Part shown: positions 59,394 to 64,000 of the stretch, one piece after another | Numbering within the stretch: the stretch's first letter is position 1 | Layout: the number at the start of each line of letters is the position of its first letter | Made by a program: the position numbers and the translations under genes | Notes under the pieces: generated by a model | Seen by the model: only the letters and a program-made list of their open reading frames with translations | What the model was told of the DNA's origin: nothing | Database searches by the model: none | From: a virus | Direction: 5' to 3' (one strand) | Length of the DNA stretch: 64,000 nt | Virus record (IMG/VR): IMGVR_UViG_3300032235_000437 | Location: 16,447 to 80,446 of that record

Positions 59394-59849
59394 TTAATAT
59401 TCTAGTCTATAGACTACTGATAATTCTAACTCTGCTATCCCATAAGGAAATGCCAAACCTTCGTCAGCCGAAATATTTTCTATAGTTATATCTAATATTC
59501 CTTTTTCAGGTTCATCCCCGATGTTATAGATGATATGTTCTATATCATCAACTAGATTGTCTGCTGCAGTTTGAGAATTATCTTCTCCATATACGTATGC
59601 TCTTATGATAACGTTTAATGTAGCTACCGTCAAATTTTCTGATTGAAAATTTCTAATTTCGGTTCCTGCTGATAGGTAAATAGATGGGAAGTCATTTACC
59701 TCATCTAAAAATTTAATTTTGCGATATACGTTATTAAAAACGTTGTGATTATATTGATACGAAGTATCGTAGGTGGAGATACCACCATTGATATTTTTTA
59801 AATTAGTAATTAAGAAATCTATAATCTCTGTACGTCTATTAAAAATCAT
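59394..59849 (-). CDS. Tail terminator protein (T5 p142-like)
   Basis: R..I, NV.R....DE..DFP....GTE, DEG...PYG..E; synteny. Confidence 0.82.
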   Translation of the reverse strand: MIFNRRTEIIDFLITNLKNINGGISTYDTSYQYNHNVFNNVYRKIKFLDEVNDFPSIYLSAGTEIRNFQSENLTVATLNVIIRAYVYGEDNSQTAADNLVDDIEHIIYNIGDEPEKGILDITIENISADEGLAFPYGIAELELSVVYRLEY

Positions 59850-61144
59850 AATGATGTATTACCTCTTACTATATTAAATTTTTGAGCATATAGTGATTGT
59901 GCTACTTCTCTAATAGCCGTCTCTACTTGTAGGTCTGGTCTATAACCATAGTCCTTTAGTGATGCATATAACGGATTATATAAGTACTGAAGAGTTCTAG
60001 TACGATAATTTGCAAATACTCTAACGCTACCTCTAAAACGACCACTGCGCTCTTTTAGCTCTGGAGGTTCTGGTTCGCCTATTCGTAGCATAGTTTGACC
60101 TAGACGCCTTTGCGTAAGTACAGTCCATTGAACACCTGAGATAAAAGCTTGTTTAGAAGATTGTTTTTCCGTGCTAGTAAGGTTAGTAGCTTTTACTATA
60201 AATGTATCAGACGGTCTAACTTTAATACTTTTAGTAATTTCCGCTCCAAAAACTTGACTACCTTTTAATACAGGAAGCATATCTATAGTAAGTGCTCTTG
60301 TTTTTGACGCTATTTTTACTTTTACAACCTCAGAAGTCGTAGTTTCTAAAAATTTTAAATAATCCTTGTCTAAAGCATTAAATATCTGTTTTTGAAATGA
60401 ATCATTTATGGAAATTATTATAGCGTTATCTTCTATAGTGGCTTTAAAATTACCAGCATTAAACTGGCTTAACGGAAATTGTAAACCAATAAGCCTAGTA
60501 CCGCTAGTTTTAGCACCGTTTGCATCTAGAGAATAAACATTGTTAAGTATCATAGTACTAGCTTTAGAATAAAATAGTTGTCTCAAGCGCGGTTCCTTAG
60601 ACATATAATAGTTAAAAACCCTATTAGTAACTGCTTTAGTACTTCTATTTTTAGCTTGTCCGTTTCTTTGGTCTGTAAAAAAAGGATCCAAGTCTACTAT
60701 GTAACCAGTTTTATTAACTCCTAACAATTTTTGTGGTAACTCAGCACCTAGTATATCTTCTTGACCTTCTACTTTGTATATACTTTCTCTCTTAGCAGTA
60801 CCCGTACCTAAAGTAATTTGGCCAATCTTAGTACCTTTATATGCGCCTGCTAAGGCTTTAAATTCTACAGACCGAATATCAGAAGATTCAGTAACTTCTT
60901 GCTTAAATAGCTCTAAAACTGGAGAAGAAGGGCTTAGTATAAAGTCAGTTACCTGACTCTGTCCTAGCTTACCTTGCACTAAGTTCGCTTTTAATAGTCT
61001 AGATGTTTTCTGCTCTAAATATCGCTGTATTCTATCAGCAGCTACTTTATTTTTATTAGCTAGCGCATTAATATAAGATCTGCTCAGCGAGTTAAACTCA
61101 GGTATACCTGTTATGTCTATAGACACTAATCTTATATTAACCAT
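59846..61144 (-). CDS. Tail completion / neck protein (T5 p143-like), enlarged
   Basis: C-terminal L..RSGRF..SV and Y.Y...Y....P...E.AIRE.A; synteny. Confidence 0.65.
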   Translation of the reverse strand: MVNIRLVSIDITGIPEFNSLSRSYINALANKNKVAADRIQRYLEQKTSRLLKANLVQGKLGQSQVTDFILSPSSPVLELFKQEVTESSDIRSVEFKALAGAYKGTKIGQITLGTGTAKRESIYKVEGQEDILGAELPQKLLGVNKTGYIVDLDPFFTDQRNGQAKNRSTKAVTNRVFNYYMSKEPRLRQLFYSKASTMILNNVYSLDANGAKTSGTRLIGLQFPLSQFNAGNFKATIEDNAIIISINDSFQKQIFNALDKDYLKFLETTTSEVVKVKIASKTRALTIDMLPVLKGSQVFGAEITKSIKVRPSDTFIVKATNLTSTEKQSSKQAFISGVQWTVLTQRRLGQTMLRIGEPEPPELKERSGRFRGSVRVFANYRTRTLQYLYNPLYASLKDYGYRPDLQVETAIREVAQSLYAQKFNIVRGNTSL

Positions 61145-62478
61145 TAATCAATAATCCTATAAAGGTCTAGTATACGACGAATATGTGGAGGGAAGTTTCC
61201 TGCTAGCGGAAACTGATCGCCACGCTCGCCCTCAAAGCTGAATCCTTTTTTCTCTTGATCCTGCTTATAAAGTAACTTAACATAATCTATAGTAGCTACT
61301 TGTAAGTCTAGAGGTACTGATCCAGCCTCATAACCAGCGCGGTAAGTTACTTCTACAGCGCTAGGGAAAGGTTGAAAAGCCTGAGGACCAGATAGAGTTA
61401 GAGCTGGATATGATTTTCTAATAGAAGTAAAATTACCAGTAACGCCTAAGCTGCCAGTATCTTTAGTAATCTCGCCTGTATCCCTTGCAAAGTTATATTC
61501 TGCAGCCTTAGAGTGTACATCTTTAAACTGAGTAGAGTTATGTTTTTCATCAAAATGTACAAGCATAGCTGTATCAGTATCTGTGCGGAATCTAAAATTA
61601 GAAGGAGTAAAGCTATTAGTATAACGCTGAACAGTAGATACTCTAATTTCATCCATATAACCTTTAAAGGTGCTGCCTATAGTTATATTATTAGAGAAAG
61701 ATAGAGAATCAACGGTGTAAGCACTATTTGCTATCTGAGTACCGTTATAGAATAAGTATAGTCTTTCTGTCTCGTAGTTTCTAGTAACAGCTACATGTGC
61801 CCAACGTTTCTTATTAAACTGTTGAGCTTCTATGCTAGTGTTTGCTCCGGTAACGGTTGTAGTACTACCTGCGACATTTGTTGTAAAAGCTAATCCATAT
61901 TGATTAGCTAGGCTAAATCTCATGTAGTTAGAGTTGTTAGTAGAGATCTCAAATAATACATTATTTCGTAAAATTGGCTCATCTACTTTTACATACATTT
62001 CTATAGTAAAATCTGACTTATCTAACTGTAGTTGTTCTGGTACAGTTGATGAGTATATATAGCTAGTTTCATCTAGCTCAAGCGCTGATTTACCAAAACG
62101 CTTGACTTTTGTAGTATTTTTAGCATTGCCGCTAGCTGTGAAAGATACGCTCTGGCTGCTAGTATGTACGGGAGCACCTGTCACTGCGGGGTCAGCTAAT
62201 AGAATATTTTCTGTGCCATTAAATTCTGATACTTGGTATACGCTAGATAGCGGTAGTCTGCTTACAAATACAGAAGACACGCCTCCGTCAAAAATCTCAA
62301 CATAGTCATTAGCTAGTACCTCTTGACCTATGTAGTGCTCGATAACGCCGCTAGCATAAGAGATAATATTAGACAGCCTAGCGTCTTGAGTATTACTAGA
62401 AATGCTCAAATAATCTTTAACTTGAGCAAGAGTTATATATGTGTTCTTTCCTAAGTTTTCTTCAAAACTATCTGTCAT
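61144..62478 (-). CDS. Head completion / head-tail connector with inserted LamG-like domain
   Basis: ITL..VK.YL.I....D..L..II..AS..IE.Y and V.VTY.AGY...P.DL..A...P.HI.RILD.YR flank a ConA/LamG-type insert. Confidence 0.82.
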   Translation of the reverse strand: MTDSFEENLGKNTYITLAQVKDYLSISSNTQDARLSNIISYASGVIEHYIGQEVLANDYVEIFDGGVSSVFVSRLPLSSVYQVSEFNGTENILLADPAVTGAPVHTSSQSVSFTASGNAKNTTKVKRFGKSALELDETSYIYSSTVPEQLQLDKSDFTIEMYVKVDEPILRNNVLFEISTNNSNYMRFSLANQYGLAFTTNVAGSTTTVTGANTSIEAQQFNKKRWAHVAVTRNYETERLYLFYNGTQIANSAYTVDSLSFSNNITIGSTFKGYMDEIRVSTVQRYTNSFTPSNFRFRTDTDTAMLVHFDEKHNSTQFKDVHSKAAEYNFARDTGEITKDTGSLGVTGNFTSIRKSYPALTLSGPQAFQPFPSAVEVTYRAGYEAGSVPLDLQVATIDYVKLLYKQDQEKKGFSFEGERGDQFPLAGNFPPHIRRILDLYRIID

Positions 62479-62496
62479 AATTATCTACTTTCTATT

Positions 62497-62526
62497 GAAT
62501 AAGGGGAGGCGTGTGACCGCCTCCCC
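62497..62526 (-). terminator. Terminator after major capsid gene (weak U-tract)
   Basis: GGGGAGGCG-GTCACA-CGCCTCCCC-TTATTC on - strand. Confidence 0.75.
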
Positions 62527-62555
62527 CGTAGTTAGTTCTAAATTTTCAGTAGCTA

Positions 62556-63926
62556 TTAGCCTGCTGTAACTGTTACAGCGTATGCGTACTTAGAAGAATC
62601 TAGAGCAGCGCTGGAGTTTGTAGTTAGAGCCTTGAAGTCGAAACGAGTGCTCATGTACATAGCAGTTACTTGTTGGCGTGGTTCGTACTCAGATTCGATC
62701 TCAATACCACGACGCTCGGCAATTAGGAAGCCTGGCTTGTAAAGTAGTACACCTAGGTGGTTACCAGTAGAACCTACGTTATCTAGGAATTCAGAGATAG
62801 CGATAGGAATACCGTATACTGCGCCTACGGAACCAGTTAGATAAGTAGCGTTTGGACCAAACTTATCAACTGTACGGAAGTCAGCAGTTGTTACTAGGTT
62901 GTTATATCCTTCGATAGAAGTGATATATACTAGGTCGTTACCTAGCTGTAGACCATACTTACCCATAGCAGTACGTGCTGCTGCGATATCAGATGGGTCT
63001 ACTTTGTCTGTGGAAGAACCAGTTGGTACAGTTAGAGAAGCATCAGCAGTTAGATTAGTGATACCTTCAATAACAGACGCATAACCAGTACCTGCAGTGA
63101 TTGCGTTAGTTGGGGAAGCAGTGAAGCCTGTTAGAGCACCAGTTCCGCGTAGGATTGACTTATCGATAGCGCGAGCTAGACGACGAGTCGCTGCCGCACG
63201 TAGGAAGTCTAGTAGAGGAAGAACTGTATCTTCTTCTTCGTCCTTAGCTAGGTGAGTTGTTGCCATGAACTTGTGTGGAGTAAATTCTACGGCACCAATG
63301 GAGTTTTGGTTGGAAGTTGGGACGTTTGTAGTGTCGCCAATACCAGTTGCATAGCTACCGGAACGGAACATTGCAACATCGCCATCTTTGTCTTCATCAG
63401 CTACTGGAACGCGGAATGTCTTAGCGTCTACTGGTAGACGAGTAAACATTGGAGCAATTACTAGTTGCTGTTCCATTTCAGTGTAGATGTTCTGAGAGAA
63501 GTTTGATAGGAACTGATCGACTGTAGTAACAGCCTTCATACGATTACCAAACTTAGTATCAAATACATCGCGCTTGTTTAGCATTTTTGCTAGAAGGACA
63601 GCGTTAGCCATTTCCTTCTCAGAGAATTGGTGAGAAGTGCGGGAGTTCTCTGCGTATAGCATTTTGCTATTTTGTAGAGCCTTAATCTCATCCTTGTACT
63701 TAGAAATCTGAGATTTTAGCTCAGATACTTCTTCAGTTTGTACAGGAGTATACTCACCGTACTTGTCTTTTGCATCAGCTTCTTTGATTAGAGCTTCACC
63801 AGTTTTTTCAACTAGATCAGCAACTCTAGGCGCTGAGACAGTAGCTGTGGCTACGTCTTTTTTAGCCTCGACCTGCCCAGCTTTTACTGCGCTAATGTCG
63901 ATTGATTCTACGACTTGTTCAGCCAT
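62556..63926 (-). CDS. Major capsid protein (HK97 fold, T5 pb8-like, N-terminal scaffold region)
   Basis: FS..I...M...LV....F, EED..L.LL..LR, R..MGKYG, VDK.G..A..LTG.VG..YGIP, IE.E......Y.S.R.D; AAGGAG RBS. Confidence 0.93.
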   Translation of the reverse strand: MAEQVVESIDISAVKAGQVEAKKDVATATVSAPRVADLVEKTGEALIKEADAKDKYGEYTPVQTEEVSELKSQISKYKDEIKALQNSKMLYAENSRTSHQFSEKEMANAVLLAKMLNKRDVFDTKFGNRMKAVTTVDQFLSNFSQNIYTEMEQQLVIAPMFTRLPVDAKTFRVPVADEDKDGDVAMFRSGSYATGIGDTTNVPTSNQNSIGAVEFTPHKFMATTHLAKDEEEDTVLPLLDFLRAAATRRLARAIDKSILRGTGALTGFTASPTNAITAGTGYASVIEGITNLTADASLTVPTGSSTDKVDPSDIAAARTAMGKYGLQLGNDLVYITSIEGYNNLVTTADFRTVDKFGPNATYLTGSVGAVYGIPIAISEFLDNVGSTGNHLGVLLYKPGFLIAERRGIEIESEYEPRQQVTAMYMSTRFDFKALTTNSSAALDSSKYAYAVTVTAG

Positions 63927-64000
63927 TTTGTCGTTCTCCTTTGTTGAATCTTCGTGAAGCTTTTCTGTAAGATTTGTTTCTGAAATCTTGTCTTCACTTA

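Noticed and set aside
5067-63957. Many short ORFs antisense to or nested in long genes (e.g. 5067..5294, 8235..8537, 14533..14844, 47312..47749, 56414..56812, 63763..63957)
   Set aside because: Shadow frames of well-supported genes, with no recognisable motifs.
1-64000. tRNA genes, CRISPR array, integrase, introns/inteins, homing endonucleases, stop-codon recoding
   Set aside because: None recognised by eye; core genes are uninterrupted under the standard code. A tRNAscan/Infernal run would be needed to exclude RNAs fully.

Overview
The window is a 64 kb segment of a large, AT-rich tailed dsDNA phage genome that looks lytic (no integrase or repressor seen). It is a divergent T5-like siphovirus arranged as two convergent arms. 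The + strand (1-28842) starts with a sugar-transfer and tailoring cluster: NeuD/PglD-like acetyltransferase, four glycosyltransferases, an SDR epimerase and a methyltransferase. It continues with a T5-type replication and nucleotide-metabolism block: PC4-like protein, dNMP kinase, NAD ligase, D5, DnaB helicase, primase, family A polymerase, D10-D15 homologues, class II RNR, dUTPase, glutaredoxin, PhoH and ThyX. The - strand (64000 to 28954) is the late region. It has T5-like capsid, neck and tail tube genes, tail chaperones with a clear -1 frameshift signal, an 1822-aa tape measure, a lambda-type tail tip (M/L/K/I/J), and fibre and small paralogous tail proteins. These are followed directly by an eight-gene enzyme cassette: two oxygenase-like proteins, a KpsS/KpsC-like transferase, sulfotransferase, PLP aminotransferase, radical SAM, KdsB and methyltransferase. 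Most notable: (i) the KdsB + KpsS-like cassette coupled to tail genes, a possible phage Kdo-glycosylation system; (ii) a promoter- and terminator-bounded antisense ~210-nt element with repeated GGA-loop hairpins (CsrA-sponge-like sRNA or origin); (iii) a kissing-loop RNA between the tail tube and chaperone genes; (iv) lectin-like domains inserted into neck and tail-tip proteins. All protein calls come from motif recognition by eye; no database search was run.
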